Assembly (NCBI RefSeq): GCF_009914755.1
Contig: NC_060947.1
Source of the DNA: the human T2T-CHM13v2.0 reference genome, Homo sapiens
Reading direction: 5' to 3' (one strand)
Length of the DNA stretch: 64,000 bases
Position 1 is the stretch's first letter, and every line of letters begins with the position of its first letter. Positions 33,455 through 49,624 of the stretch are shown here, piece after piece. The notes below the pieces were generated by a model that worked only from the letters and a program-made list of their open reading frames with translations, was not told the DNA's origin and searched no databases. The position numbers and the translations under genes were made by a program.

Positions 33455-34164
33455 TTATCCAGAATATATAAAGAACTCTTTCAACTTAATAAGACAGATA
33501 TTAAAAGGTAAAAATGGGCAAAGGGTTTGAAGAGACACTTCACAAAAGAACATGGTTAATGAGCACATGAAAAAGTACGCAATATCATTAGGTAAGTGCA
33601 TATTATAATAGCATTACAAATGAGCATATGAGATACCAGTACGTAGCCACCAAAATAATTAAAAAGATTGTCAATACCTGGTATTGATGTGGATGGCCAG
33701 AATGCTCATATATTTTGGTGAACATACAAAATGGTACAAGCACTTTCTAATATCTGGTAGTTTTTTAATAAATAAATATATACCCACCTTATGATCGAGT
33801 AATTTCAATTTCTAGGAAATTACACATGAGAAAAGCATATACTGACAAAAATACTTGTACAAGTCTTTCCACAGCAGCTTTATTAATAGCCCCAAACTGA
33901 TAATAATCCAAGTATCCATCAACAGGAGAATGAATAAACAAACTGTCGTATATCCATAAAATGGGATACTATTCACCAATAGAAAGGAATAATCACCTGC
34001 TATATACAACATAAATGCATCTCAAAAGCATTATGCTGAGTGAAAGCCTTGGCCAAAGAGTACATACTATATGATACCATTTATATAAAATTATGGAAAA
34101 AGTTAATCTATGATGAAAAATATCACAAGACTGGGAGTGGGGTCAGGACTTGACTGTGACTTTC

Positions 34165-37100
34165 CAGGCAACCTGGCTAAAGAAGCTGCGACTCCAAAGA
34201 AGTGGGAGGTTAGACCCCCATACATACCCCTAGGAAAGGGGCTGAATTCAGAGGACTGGGCAGCAACAATCTGCAGGCCCCACTTCCATGGCACCTCACA
34301 GGATAAGAACCACTGGCTTGGAAGTCTAGCCAGCCAAAGGGAGCCGCATTGCACACCTCTCTGAGACAGAGCTCCCAGCGGGAGAGGTGGGCTGCCATTT
34401 TTGCTATTTGAGCAACTTAGTCTTTCCAGCCTTTGGACTTTGGAGACTCCAAGCCATCGCAGGTCAGACCCAGTCCCCCAAGCCCAGCACAGCGGCTCTA
34501 CAAAAACGTGACCAGACTGCTTTTATAAGTGGTCCCCGATTCCATTCCTCCTCACTGGGTGGGATGTCCCAACTGGGACCAGCAGCCCCTGCCAGTGTTC
34601 TCTGGCCAAAAGAGATTTGAAACCTCCCTGGAAGGAAGCTCCCAGAGGGAGGGGTGGGCCACCATCTTTGCTCTTTGGATGACATAGCCATTCCAGCCTT
34701 CAGGCTTCGGAGAGTCCAAGCCAACCAGGGACGGAAGCGGTCCACCAGCACATCACAGCTACTCTACAAAAAGATGGCCAGACAGCATTTCTTAAGTGGA
34801 ACCTCAATCCCATTCCTCCTCATGAGGCAGGACCTCCCAACCAAAGTCTCCAGCCATATTCTACAGGTGCCTTAAGGCTGGCAACAAGTCCACATCTTCC
34901 TCGGATGGATCTCCCAGAGGGAGGGGCAGGCCATCATCTTTGCTGCTTCACAACCTTCTATGTTGATACTTTGAGGTACTGGAAAATCCAAGGTCATTAG
35001 CAACTGGAGCAGGCACCCAGTATACCATAGCAGCCCTACAGAAAAGCAGCCAGACTGTTACATGGGAGCCTGTTCCCATAACTCCACACCAGGCAGGTCC
35101 TCCAGTCCTGGGTCACCAGCTACCCTCACCAGAGCTATTTAAGCCAGTAGCAGCTCGGCAACTCCCTGGACAGAGCCCCCAGGAGCAACTGAAAGCCTCT
35201 CTGCCACTGCCTCTGCAGCAGACTTCCCTTGCTACCCTTGGACTAACGAAGAAGCAAAGACCCTAAGTGCCTTACCCAAACCTCCAACTAACTGTAGTCA
35301 ACAGAAAAAGGGGTCAGTCCATTTCCCATAGGTCACACCCACCCCCGACTGCTCGCCACTAGAGAACACCCCGGTTGGGCCCAGAGCACAGATCCTGAAT
35401 CCTGGACTGCTCTCACTGAGCAACTGCTGACCTGCATCTCTCTGGGGTGGAGCCCCCAGGATACAAGTAAAAGACCCTTGGCCAAAATCACTACTAAGGT
35501 CCGTTACTCTGCTGCCTCCAAGTTGTGGAAAAAACATAAATGCTGAGATCACCCCAGAGTTTCAGTGGGCAGCCCAGGAGCACCAAGCTATGGTCTACAG
35601 CCAGCACTCAAAGGGGAGAGGAACCCACACTTTCAGAGCATTGATAGGGAACATGGCTGCAACTGTGAGGAAACATAGCGGAGGCACACAACCAAGCAAG
35701 AATCTATCAACTAACCAGTACACTTAAATGCCACCTACTGGATGACACGCCAAAGCTTCAAGACCAAAAATACTCACTAACATACGTACCTCTCTTAAAC
35801 CAAAGACAAGAAGTCAGCTTCCAATAAAGACCCTGTACGAAGCCTCGGTCCTGTGAAAATAACCAGAAAAGAAGTCTACTGACTGTACTCACTCTACACT
35901 TTAGTTAAAGGAATACCCACAGGCAGATATGGGAAAGAATCAATGCACGAACTCGGGTAACTCAAATGGCCAGTGTTGTATGTCCTTCAAACAACCACAC
36001 CAGTTCTCCAACAAGAGTTCTTGACCAGGCTAAGCCGCCTGAAATGACAGAAATGCAATTCAGAATATGGAAAGAAATGAAAATCTTTGAGATTCAGGAG
36101 GATGGAGAAACCCAACCCAAAGAAGCTAAGAATCACAATAAAATAATACAAGAGCTGAAGGATGAAACAGCTGGAAAAAAAAAAAACTAACAAATCTGAC
36201 AAAGTGGAATAACACAATACAAGGATATCACAATGCAATCACAAGTATTAACAGCAGAATAAACCAACCTGAGGGAAGAATCTCAGAACTTGCAAACTGG
36301 TTCTCTAAAATAAGACAGACAAAAATAAAAAAGAATAAAAAGATATAAACAATATGACTGAGAGGTATGGGATTCTGTAAACAGGCAAAATCTATAAATC
36401 ACTGGCATCCCTGAAAGAGACAGGGGAAAAGCAAACAACTTGGAAAACATATTTCAGGATATCTTCCATGATAATTTTCCCAACCTGGCTAGAGAGGCCA
36501 ACAGTCAAATACAGAAAATACATAAAACCCCTGCAAGATTCTACACAAGAAGATCATCCCCAAAACACATAATCTTCAGATGTTCCAAGGGCAAAATGAA
36601 AGAAACAACATTAAGGGCAGCTAGAGAGAAAGGGCACCCCATCAGGCTAAAAGTGGTCCTCTCAGCTGAAACCACCCAAGCAACAAAAGATTGGGAACCC
36701 ATATTCAACATTCTTAAAGAAAAAGATTTGCAACCAAGAATGTCAATGAAGACAGGAAAAACTATTCAAAACATCCATGAATCCAGGAGTTGGCTTTTTG
36801 AAAAAATTAATAAGATAGATAGGATGTTAGCTAGACTTAAAGAAGAGAAGAAAGAAGACACAAATAAACACAATTACAAATGACGAAGGGAATGTTGCCA
36901 CTGACCCCACAGGAATATAAATAACCATCAGAAGCTACTATTAACACCACTATGCATACAAACTAGAAAACATAAAAGAAATGGATAAATTCCTGGACAC
37001 ATACACCCTCCCAAGACTGAACTAGGAATAAACTGATTCTCTGAACAGACCAATAACAAGCTTTGAAATGGAATCAGAAATAAATAGCCTATCAACCAAA

Positions 37101-39708
37101 AAGGCCCAGGACCAGATGGATTCACAGCCGAATTCTACCAGATGCACAAAAGAAGAGCTGGTACCATTCCTACTGAAACTATTCCAAAAAAATGAGGGAC
37201 TCCTCCCCAACTCATTCTATGAGGCCAGCATCATCCTGAAACAAAAACCTCGCAGGGATATAACAGAAAAAGAAAACTTCGGGCCAGTATCCTTGATTGA
37301 ATATTGATGCAAAAATCCTCAACAAAATACTTGCAAACGGAATCCAGCAGCAAATCAAAAGGCTAATTCACCACGATCAAGAAGGCTTCATCCCCGGGAT
37401 GCAAGGTTACTTCAACATACATAAATCAATAAATGTGATTCATCACATAAACAGAACTGAAGACAAAAACCATGTTTATCTCAATAGATGCAGGAAAGAC
37501 TTTTGATAAAATTCAACACTCATTCATGTTAAAAACTCTCAGCACACTAAGTATTAAAGGAATACATCTCAAAATAATAAGAACAATCTATGACAAACCC
37601 ACAGACAACATCATGCTGAATGGGCTAAAGCTAGGATTCACCTTGAAAACTGGCACAAGACAAGAATGCCCTCTCTCACCACTCCTATTCAACGTAGTAT
37701 TGGAAGTCCTAGCCAGATCAATTAGGCAAGAGAAAGAGATAATGGGCATCCAAAAGAAAAAGAGGAAGTCAAACCGTCTTGGTTTGCAGACTACATGATT
37801 CTATATCTAGAAAACCCCAGTCTGGGCCCAAAAGCTCCTTCAGCTGATAAACAACTTCAGCAAAGTTTCAGGATACAAAACCAATGTTCAAAAATCCCTA
37901 CCATTCCCATGCATCGATAATAGGCAAGCTAAGAGCCAAATCAGAAAGCCAATCTCATTCACAATTACCACAAAAAGAATAAAACACCTAGGAATACAGC
38001 TAACCAGGGAAGTAAAAGTTCTCTACAATAAGAATTAGAAACCACTGCTCAGAGAAATCAAAAGACACAAATAAAATGTAAAAACATCCCATGCTCATGA
38101 ATAGGAAGAATCAAAATTATTAAAATGGCCATACTGCCCAAAGCGATTTACAGATTAAATGCAATCCCTATCAAACTACCAACAACACTGTTTACAGAAC
38201 TAGAAAAGACTACTTTAAAATTTATATGTAACCAAAAAATACCCAAATAGCCAAGGCAATCCTAAGCAAAAAGAACAAAGCTGGAGGCATCACGTTACCA
38301 GATTTCAAACTATACTACAAGGCTACAGTGACCAAAACAGTATGGTACTGGTACAAAACCAGGTACATAGACCAATGGAACTGAATAGAGAGCCCAGAAA
38401 TAAGGTTGCCCACCTATGACCACCTGATCTTCGACAAAGCTGACAAAAAGAAGCAATGGGGAAAAGACTCCCTATTCAATAAATGGTGCTGGGATAACAG
38501 GCTAGCCATATGTAGAAGACTGTATCTGGAGCCCTTCCTTACACCATATACAAAAATCAACTCAAGATGGATTAAAGACTTAAATGCAAAACCCAAAACT
38601 ATTAAATTGTTGGAAGACTACCTAGGCAATACCATCCTGGACATAGGAATGGGCAAAGATTTCATAACAAAGATACCAAAAGCAATCACAACAAAAGCAA
38701 AAATTGACAAGTGGAATCTAATTAAACTTCAGAGTTTCTGCACAGCAAAAGAAACTGTCAACAGAGTAAACACACAACCTACAGAATGGGAGAAAATTTT
38801 TGCAAACCATGCATCTGACAAGGGTCTAATATCCAACATCTAAAAAGAACTTCAACAAATTTACAAGAGAAAAACAATCCCATTAAAAAGTGGACAAAGT
38901 ACATGAACACTTTTCAAAAGAAAACATACATGTAGTCAATAGCATATGGAAAAAAAACTCAATATTACTAATCATTAGAGAAATGAAAATCAAAACCACA
39001 ATGAGATACCATCTCACACTAGTCAAAATGGCCATTACTAAAAAGTGAAAAAATAACAGATGCTGGCAAGGTTGCAGAGAAAAGGGAACACTTGTACACT
39101 GTTGGTGGAAGTGTAAATTTAACCACTGTGGAAAGCATTATGGCAATTCTTCAAAGAGCTAAAAGCAGAGCTACCATCCAATCCAGCAATCCCAGTAGTG
39201 GGTATATACCCAAAGGAATATAAATAATTCTACCATAAAGACACATGCATGCAAATGTTCACTGTAGCACTATTCCCAATAGCTAAGACATAGAATCAAC
39301 TTAAATGTGCATCAATGACGGACTGGATAAAGAAAATGTGGTGCATATACACCATGGAATACTATGCAGCCATAAAAAAGAACAAGATTGTGTCTTTTGT
39401 GGGAACACAGATGGAGCTGGAGGTTATTATCCTTAGCAAACTAACGCAGGAACAGAAAACCAAATACCAAGTGTTTTCACTTATAAGTGGGAGCTAAATC
39501 ATGAGAACTTATGAACACAAAGAAGGCAAGAGCAAACACTGGAGTCTACTTGAGGGTGAGAGGAGGAAGAGAAGCAGAAAATATAACTTTTGGATACTGC
39601 GCTTAATACCTGGTTGCTGAGATAATGAGTACAACGAACCCCCATCACACGAGTTTACCTATGTAACAAACCTTCACATGTACCTGCAGACATAAAAGTT
39701 TTAAAAAA
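34165..39708 (+). mobile_element. Older primate LINE-1 (L1PA13-16/L1PREC2-like) with an internal deletion
   Basis: Long 5'UTR with repeated ~270-bp units; ORF1 remnants at 35928-36745 joined directly to mid-ORF2; RT and C-terminal fragments; 3'UTR ending in A-rich sequence. The 5' boundary is approximate. Confidence 0.85.
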
Positions 39709-42189
39709 ATTGTAGAAAACATGGTTGTAATCTTTTGAAAGCTTCGCATAGCTTATTCAGAGTGCCACCTAAGGTTTTCCAGAAACAATAAGGAAATAAG
39801 TTATACAACCCTCTCTTAACACTAATCAAGAAGATAATAGAAAAAAATAGTACTGAAACTAAATCAAGATCTTTCTCATCCTTCATATGGTGTTTAATGT
39901 TAAAGCAATATCAGTTTGCTTAACATCTCTTAACAGAAAAGCAATACTACAGGTAGACTCAAAGAAAGTTGAACTATATGAGAAGGCTGAGCATTAAACC
40001 CATTAACTGGAGCTTATTAATTAAATCCTAACAATCTTCTTTTCCATTGTGCATCATAATTACAATTCAGTGTTGAATATTCAGCAGCAGGCATAGCTAA
40101 ATGCTACTAAACTACATATTGTATTGTGAAATGGCTTCTGTAAGCAAGTCCAAGAACAGTAACAAAAGATGAAGCTACTGACATTCAAGCATATTCATCT
40201 GGGAACCATTCTAATTATTAAGAAATTAGGAGTTGAAAATGTTTTCAGGCAGGTAGCTAATGGGATCCAAGGTTGCTCGATGGGAACAAGAGCAGCATAG
40301 CTCAACCTCAGACTGTCCTAGTATTCATTCACTGCTCTTACAATTCCTTTTCCTAGAGTAGTAGTAATACCATCTTCCATTGACAGCAGTTTTAATTTCC
40401 CAACTTGTTTTTACAACTATTCTCTCATAGATTCTTCTGGCAATCTTGTGAGGCAGATAGAAAGGGTGTTATTTCATAGATGAGGACACTATGACTTGTC
40501 TGTGTAGAGTTTAGTCACTAGTCAGGGCCACACAGTTACAATTTGCAGAACTGCAATTGAAACTCAGTTCTCCTGAACTCTAATCCTGTCCATTACAACC
40601 TACAAATTCCCAAACTTTTAAGCTGGCTAGCACCATTTAGTCCACAAGATATATTGGTAGCTGTGGTTCAATGAAGTCAAACACTTAATTGAGTAGTGCC
40701 TGGTCCTGATTACTAAATTAACCTTTTCTAAAATGTACCCCATCAAAATGAGCTATTATTAATAGGTCTCCCAAGAAAAAACAATGCACAGTGACAAAAT
40801 AAACTTGGAAAATGCTAGGTTGAAAAATTTAAACAACACCAACAAAAAAAGATTTGTTTATATGATGGCTTCTCAGCACGATTAAATATGTTAATGTCTG
40901 TTATAGCTCTCCAAGAGGGAATTATAGCAGTAGGCAGAATTTCTCAAATTCAGTTAACCAACAAACATGTTTTTTTTTTTAAAGTATATTAAAGGATTAG
41001 GGCTTAATAGAGCATCTGTTGAGAAACGCTGGCTTAATCCATGTTAAGTAGAACAACAAAAATAGGTTACTAAATACGTTGAGTTTGGCATTTTATATTC
41101 ACTATTCTCACAAGAATCCAGAGACTGGTGCTACAATTATCCCCGTTTTACAATTAGGGAGAAAACAACAACAACTGTGAAGCTGAATATTGTCTAACTC
41201 TCTCAGCTAGGAAATGGCAAAACCCAGATTTAAGACCAGGGACAATCAGGCACCAAAGCCTCTGCTCTTTCCACTAAATACACTGTCTCCTATAATTTAC
41301 AAGATTAGAATATTTAAATTATAAACATAAGCATATAATACAAATCCTGGAATCTGACATACTATAAGTAAAGACAGTGGCATCTATTCACAAACAGCAG
41401 ATGGAATGAAATCTAGTTTTTATTTTGTTACCCCAATTCATCTGGATAATAATTCCATGGCTATGATTACTCTAATGTCAGAGCTGGGGAAACTATTCAT
41501 TTCTAGGACCTAAAATACAACCAATTTTATTGCTTATCTCACATTTAATGTGCACAAATATCTTCACACATATGATAAGAATAGGAAAATAATAGTCTGG
41601 CATGTCTACTAGTATTGATTTGCCAGATATTATTGAGTACAATATACTATGGACATTAAAAGAGGCTCTATTTCATTTAAATTTGGTTGAAGTACTACAA
41701 AGAGTCATGACATCTCCCTGGTGACAAATAATAGAATAGGCTAGAAAATATACTGGACTTACTCCCTACACAAATTCTCATTTACTGTAAGTTCCACATA
41801 CTTGCTACACAAGAAAGCTGAGCTCCTTTCACCATCTCCTCATTCCAAGACCAAGGAAAGTGGGCCTCTATGACAAGGTATGCAGAAGCAATTCTAATGT
41901 CAGAGAGGAAGACCAGGATCTTATTTGCTTTTATTAATTGACAAGCAAAAAGTGTATATATATTTCTCACGTACAACATGTTGTTTTGAAATGTTACTTG
42001 GTTTTAAGAGAGCCCTATGAATCTACAAGAAGTTGCTTTGGCAATCAGATCAGCCTGCCAGAAAGAAATACCAGATCGTGTTCGCAGTCATTAGGGCTGG
42101 AGAAAGATTTTCCTGTGTTTGAGTTATTACTCATTCCACATTAGTCCACCCATTCAAATCCGTTTATAGACAACCAAGGCAGGTAGATG

Positions 42190-43280
42190 AACAAATAATA
42201 CACAAAGGTTGCCCTCAATTTTTGTTTCCCTCTGTGATCTCATCTGTTTTCACTGATTCAATTATCACTTCTCTGTTGATGACTCACTAATTGGTATCTC
42301 CAATCTGGGCCCCTCTGGTGAGCTCCAGACTCAAATCTACTTCTAGTTGGTTGAAAACACAGATCATGACTCATGAGCTTATTGGACACCTCCTTTCACT
42401 AAAAGTCCCAGATGTACTTTAATCTCTACATGTCCAAAAGACAAATTTATTATCTGTCCCACACCCCCAATTTGGTCATCCATTCAGTTTCCCTATCTCA
42501 ATAAATGGCAACACCATCCTTACAGCCTCCTATCCTGAGAAAAAAAAAATCTTAAACTCATTCATCATTCCTTCCTCACATATCCATTCTAGTTAATTTC
42601 TTAAGCCCCTTCTATCCTTGCTATCCCTACCACTGCTGCATTATTTCAGGCCCTCACTCCCTCTTATCTATCTATTGCATTAGTCTTATCAAAGGTTTCC
42701 CTGCCTGTAGTTTCTTCCCCTTCCAATTCAATCTTCACACTACTGCCATTGTGATCAGGTGTTGGCAAACAGTATTATGCCATTCCTGGCTTAAAGATGT
42801 TTAATGGCTCACTAATGTTTCTATAGTAGAGTCCAAAATTCTTAGCATTGCTATAAGACCCTTCAAAACTTAGTGCCAACCTAACTCCCCAGTCTTATCT
42901 CTGGACATTGCCTTTCTCTGCCATGCATCAGCCACAACTGCACACTCAACATTGTTTGAGTGAGCCAAGGGCCTGCATATCTCTCTGCTTTTATTAGTGC
43001 TATTGCCTATGCCCCAAATGCTATTCCACCATAAAACTAATGATGGAACTAGTAAAAAAAGACAGAACTACTCAAATTCAGTATCATCTCTTCTGTGAAG
43101 CCTTCAACTCTTCAAAAAGAACCGATCCCTGTGCTTCCACAGCTTTGCACATACTTCCATTAGAGTTTTGTCATGCTGTCTTATAATCAGATTACATGAA
43201 TGCTTCCTGTGACTAGACTGAGAGCAACTTAAGGGCAAGGACAGTAGCTTAGTCATCTCTGAATCCTTAATGCATAATAA
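42190..43280 (+). mobile_element. Degenerate L2 3' region
   Basis: Pyrimidine-rich L2-like motifs (gagctccagactc, atgtccaaaa, tagactgagagcaacttaagggcaaggac). Boundaries are approximate. Confidence 0.55.
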
Positions 43281-44474
43281 TTATAGTTAACTAAGGGAAT
43301 TATTACGATTAATGCAATGATATTAATCAAGCCTTTGGCACCAGACAAATCTGGATTCAAATTGTAGTTGTGCCTTTTACTAGCAGCATGACCTCAGTCA
43401 GTAATTTTACAGAAGTTACTCTAAAACTCATTTTCTTTACCTGTAACATAGAAATGAAAGTATTTGAAGCAATGCCTAGCACATAGTAAGTTATCAACAG
43501 CATCATCACCATCCTCCGCTCCTTGCAAAATGTGAACACAGAAGAACGTACCCACAGCCAGCACACTTCTGCAAGCAATTAACACAGTCCAGTGCCAGTC
43601 AGGCATTGCTACATTCACTGACAACCCTGGGAAGGAAGAAGACAAACAGAAACAAGAATGGGGACACAGATGAGAGGACAGAAATGACAGATCAAAGGGT
43701 TAAGGACTGCTGATTCCCTCTTCCTTTCTCCCTATCCTCTACTTCAGAATATTCATGGTTCCTTAAATTTAACCCTTCCTTTGTCTTGGAAGGGAAAATT
43801 AAACTCTATTTTCATTAATAGGAAAAATAGCAAAATTAGAATGTCAGAAAAAAGCTTAAAGCTTTATTGCTGCAGAGCACACTTTCAGCTGTGAAACTGA
43901 CTGACATTCTTCAACTACCACCCCCACCCAATGGTTGTAGGGATAGTTGCCATTTCAAAGTCAAAGCAAGCCAACAAAACAATAAAACTAAAACCAAACA
44001 AAAAAATAAGGAGGAAAAATATAAGAGAAAAAGCTTTCTCTTTATTTTTGAAAGAGGAAGGATAGTAAAGAAATTGCTCAAGGGGAGAAGAGAGTTGTAT
44101 GTAGAAGCAGTACATTTCAATTATCTTTGCTTGTATTTTTCTAGTCATATAAAAGCTGTCCTAATTCAAATCCACTGAATAAACAAGTCAAAGTAGTATG
44201 TAGAGAGAAGCTGATGTTTCACAATTTCTACATTAAGAGCTGTCTCAATCTAGCCTCTGTTTGAGCTCTATGGGAAAAAAATTCTCTCCTCATGTAAAAA
44301 CTATAATATCATTTGCAAATGAAGCTCCTGAAATTTGCAAATGTCAATACGGATTTCAGTGACCTAAAAATATAATGACATTTGGTTTAAGACCATACAA
44401 ATACATAAATTACTTTTAAATATTTTTCCCATTCTGCCCTCCAAAGTAAAGGGTGAAAACATTCCTTATTACTT

Positions 44475-44505
<31 letters not shown>

Positions 44506-45717
44506 TTGTGGAACCTGCTACATTTTATTATCAGGCCTTGGCAGCCACACTTCAACTTTTTACAGGTAACTCGCTGGACCCTCACAGTGACTCTTCAAAT
44601 GAGGTTTTGCACTAGACCCATTTCACAGTTGAGGAAAACAAGACAAGTCACATAACTAATCAGTGAGAGTCATAACTTGAACCAGATCTCCTGACCATCA
44701 AACCCAGTATTTGTGTCTTTTCCAACCCTACAGCTTATCTTAGAGAAAAGAGCACAAGCTTTGTTGTCAAATGGACCTAGATTTAAAACCTGGTTCTTTC
44801 CCTTAATACGCATGTGACATTGGACAAGTTATTTCAATTCTCTGAGTTTGTTTCCTCATCTGCAAAAGGAGGGAAATCATACTTATTTTAGAGAAATGTA
44901 ATAATTAAATGTTAAAACACTTGTAAAATACCTAGTAGAGCACCAAGTAACTGTTCAGTAAATGGTAGCTATTATTACATGTTGGCTTCAACAGCTTACA
45001 TCTTGAATACTAGATTAGTTTGAACAAATGACAATCACTTTCATTCATAAATTAGTTCCACAGACATCATAAAATCTGTCTTCAACATGGGGGAAAAAGG
45101 AAAGGAGAAAACTAGGGTAACACTGATTCTTTGATACTTGTTCATTTTTCTCACTCTTACAGGGTTGCACTGTTTTATTTATCTAAAGAGACAATTTCTT
45201 CTAAGTGAAGTTACGTTTACTTTATTCTCCTATCCCTTTATGGTAGTCTTGAATCTAAAACCTTTAAAATACTTATCTCTGAGTTACCTTATTCACATAT
45301 ATATGATTATTTTGGTAGAAGAGAAAGAGCCATTTTATTTTACTTTTGCTGTAAAGAAAATATAAACTAACCAACCTTAATTTCCAAACAAGCCACTAAA
45401 AAGAAACCTCACATGAATAGCTGTTGAATCAATATTGTTTTCTTAAGAGCAAATAATAATTGAGCATCTATACAAAGTATTTTTGTCCTTTCATTACTGA
45501 AGCAGAGCATCACAACTAAATTTCTCACCCAATTCTACATATGTACAGTTAATTTCCAAGGCAGAAAAAATAGCATAAAATTGACTTGACGAATATAGAT
45601 GCAATTTCTGAAATAAGTCCATGAGGTAGAGCTTTTTCAAGCCACAAAAATCCGGCTCTACTAAAAAATCAACTATTTCTATAAAAGGATTACGGAGGAA
45701 AATAATGCTGGCTCCCT

Positions 45718-46330
45718 GTGAAAGGAAAATAAATCTTGGGACCCCAAACTCACTAAGCCCAAGGGAAAAGTCAAGCTGGGAACTGGGTCATGCAGATCTG
45801 CTTCTCATTTGGTTGCTAAATAAGATGGCTATGAAGATAAAAAGCAACATACCTCCCTCACAATTTGCCCACAAGGAAATTCCTTATATATATAGCTTAT
45901 CTTCACAGGTGCTGGACAAAGGAAAGAGAACTCAAAGTCACCCTTCTGCTCACCTAAGACAAATGAGTATCTGATTGCTTCCTCCACCCTATTGTCTACA
46001 CTATCTTATGTAAAAATGCAGATTCACTGAGCCAGATGAAGGTATGAGTGGCTATTTCCTCTATCTACCCAGACTCATATGAAAATTGTGTATTCAGTGA
46101 AGGCTGATCAAAGATTCAAAAGGATGCAACCCTTTTGTCTTTTTATCTATCAACACAGTTTTTAAAGATTTTTCTTCCCTCAACATCTGCCCTTTCCCTT
46201 TCAAATACTGAAGCCCTCAAAAGCATCTTTGGAGAAAGGCACAGACCTGCCTCCCAGGCACATGTCCTTAATGTTGGCAAATAAACCTAATATGATTAAG
46301 ACTTGCCTCTGTCATTTTCTTTCATTTGTA
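45718..46330 (+). mobile_element. ERV1 (MER4-group) solo LTR
   Basis: Starts tgtgaaaggaaaataaatcttgggacccc; contains ggagaaaggcacagacc and ggcaaataaacc near the 3' end. The 3' boundary is approximate. Confidence 0.75.
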
Positions 46331-46856
46331 TTTCAAACATTTTCAGAGTGTCATATCCACAGTGAGAAGTCAATAAGGGATTATTGCATTGCGGCCACTC
46401 CAATTCACTCCAACCTCCTACCACCAAATCTAAATGATGCCCCTATTATTCTTTAGTAGTACTCCCCTTTTGCCTTTCATAGTACAGTTTATAATATAAA
46501 ATTTGAGCATGTTTAATGTCTATACCCCCTAGGGTCCAAGGGCAGGGGTCATAGTCTGTTTTATTGTTCACCTCGATACCCAGGAACTAGAAAAGAACAT
46601 AACCTCAATCAGTTTTACAACTGCTTTCTAATTATATTATAATTTCTATATTTCTTGAGAAGTGACAATTATTGACAAGTTTTAGGGTATCCCACTTGAG
46701 TGCCACAACATAGCCAACAATGACATGTAGGAAAACGGATGCCAATACAATGTCAAGTCAATGCTGAAGAAAAAGTGAGCACAAAAAGCCCCTACTCCAC
46801 TTTCCCCACCACTACTACCTACCCTACCTTACAAAGCCCTGAAGGAGGAAATTCTA

Positions 46857-47228
<372 letters not shown>

Positions 47229-47652
47229 CTACACTTTGAAATGACTGTTGGCCATAGCTCTACAGCTCCCAAGAAATCTATTGGGATGAATTTTCTTTAT
47301 ACATTCCTATATGGTCTCATTTCGTTTTGTAGCTTTTGTCAAATATTTATTTGTAAAAAAAAAATTAATTTTTTATTGTTCTTTCACTATTAGTACTACA
47401 GCATACTATTACTAAATAATATTCTCAAATGTGAAAAGAATGAGTAAATACACAGAGGTGATGGTGAGATACTATTATGGCATATTTTCACTACATCAAT
47501 TCACTTCATTTCATCCTTTCACTCATACTCTCCTTCATCTGTCATGAAACTTTCTCTCTTAAGTCCCCCAGACAGAACATAAAAAACGATAATGAGTCTC
47601 TTGGGAGTGGTATGTGGGAAGGATAACGCATATTTTTCATTTTTCATGTATA

Positions 47653-48055
47653 CAGATGTGCCTTGACTTATGATATAACATCCTGATGTACCCACAATAA
47701 GTTAAAAATATCATAAATCAAAAATGCATTTAATATACTTAGCCTACCTAACACCATAGCTTAGCCTAGCCTACCTTAAACATGTAAGCATACCTTACGT
47801 TGGACTACAGTTGGACAAAATCATCAGGCAACACTGTAGAGTATCAGCTACTTACCCTCAAGATCACATGGCTGCCTGGAAGCTGTGACTGGCTGTCACT
47901 ACCCAGCATCACAGGAGAGTATCCTATCGCATACTGTTTGCCCAAGATCAAATTTTAAAATTTGAGATATGAGTTCTACTGAATGAGTATGGCTTCTGTA
48001 CCATCATAAAGTTGAAAAACTGTAAGTTAAACCATCAGAAGTTGGGGACAATCTA
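47653..48055. mobile_element. Tigger-derived MITE (MER47-like)
   Basis: Inverted termini cagatgtgccttgacttatgat...atcagaagttggggacaatct with TA flanks. Confidence 0.7.
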
Positions 48056-49624
48056 TATTGATGGTCTATTGGGAGTGGTATATGGGAAGGATGACATGTA
48101 TATCTTACATGTATGTATGCATATATGCTTGTAATATATAGATATATACGTTGCTTGAATTCTTATGACAAGCATATGTATATTTTTATAATTACAGAAA
48201 AAAAGGTTTTTTTCAAACCAATAAACAAAAAACAACTACAGAGACAAAGATAATTGGTCATTTTTCTTTATCACAATTCCTAAATAGTCACAACTCCTAC
48301 CTAGAAAAAAAAAATTCATTTGTCAGGCCAAAGAGAAATCTAGTCCAGGGACTGACAGACATATAACAATGACATCATCAATTCTTAATCTAAGATAATA
48401 CTATTTAGATGAATATGCTTACTTGGTGAAATTATTAAAACATACCAATGTTTTCACCTTTTAGGAATAATATGGTTATTATATAAGATTTAAAAATCAA
48501 CAACTGTATTTATGACAATTATTTGGACCCATGACATAAATTCACCAAACACTTGGTATAATGAGATTTAAAGACCCCAAATATTAAGTATTCTCTTTTT
48601 AATAATGACTAAGAAAAACTGAATCTAAATGAATTGTTAGCATATATATGAAGGTAGTATATAACAGAACATGAAGACTGATATGAAAAAAATATAAAGC
48701 CAAATGACATAAATGATCAGAAAAAAGGATCAGTTGAGGTCATGTAAATGAACAATTATTGGTAGAAGTAGATTTTGTTCAAGTATAAACTTCTGTGCTT
48801 ACTACACCTCCATTTAACAACTTCGAGTTTAAAGTAAATGCCAATCTCTACATTTAAGAATTGCAAATTGCTCTTTTAAATCACATCTATTCTTTAAATT
48901 TCACGTGTCCGCAGCTCATTAATATTTACAGCAATTGTAGGCCTCTGAAAAAAACTAGAGATTTTACATTTACTGAGACAGATAGCTGGCACACAAAAAT
49001 AGAGCTCCCTCAATTACAATATAGCAGAAGTTAACTTTAGTTTAAAATATGTCTGCAGAAATTTATGGCAACACAACAATGAAGTGACTATTTTGAATAA
49101 GATTAGCTGCTCTTGATAATGACAGACACTGTTTATAAATCAACAGAGGTTGTACTTGATATTTATAGCGGGGCACTTCAGAATCATCAACCAATATCAC
49201 TTGAATAGAATATACATGCAAACAATAGCAAAAGATTACAAGTACTAAGATGATCTTCACAAAGTCATGAATGTAATACACGCACATAAAAAAGTCAAAG
49301 TGTATTTTTGTTTGCTGTTAGTCTTACAGTTTTTGTCTCATTTAATATTCAATGTTTCCAAGTAAGAAATATTTAATGAAAATTAGGAAGATAGCCCTAC
49401 TCAGCAGTTTTATCAGGATGAAATTACATTTCTTGAGTTCAGGTTACTATTCTACTAGCTACCTAACTAAGTAAGTCTTCCTGAAAAAAAAAAAAAAAAA
49501 GTAAATTTCACCTAATTCCTTACTGTAACATTCAGTTTTATTGAGGCACAGAAGTTATACAAGTTCAATAAGTCAAACTGACTTTGTGACAGTTGTTTAA
49601 ATTAGAGAAAAAGAAAAAGATCAG

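Noticed and set aside
34360-35060. Three ~270-bp diverged tandem units
   Set aside because: Best explained as internal monomers of the old L1 5'UTR.
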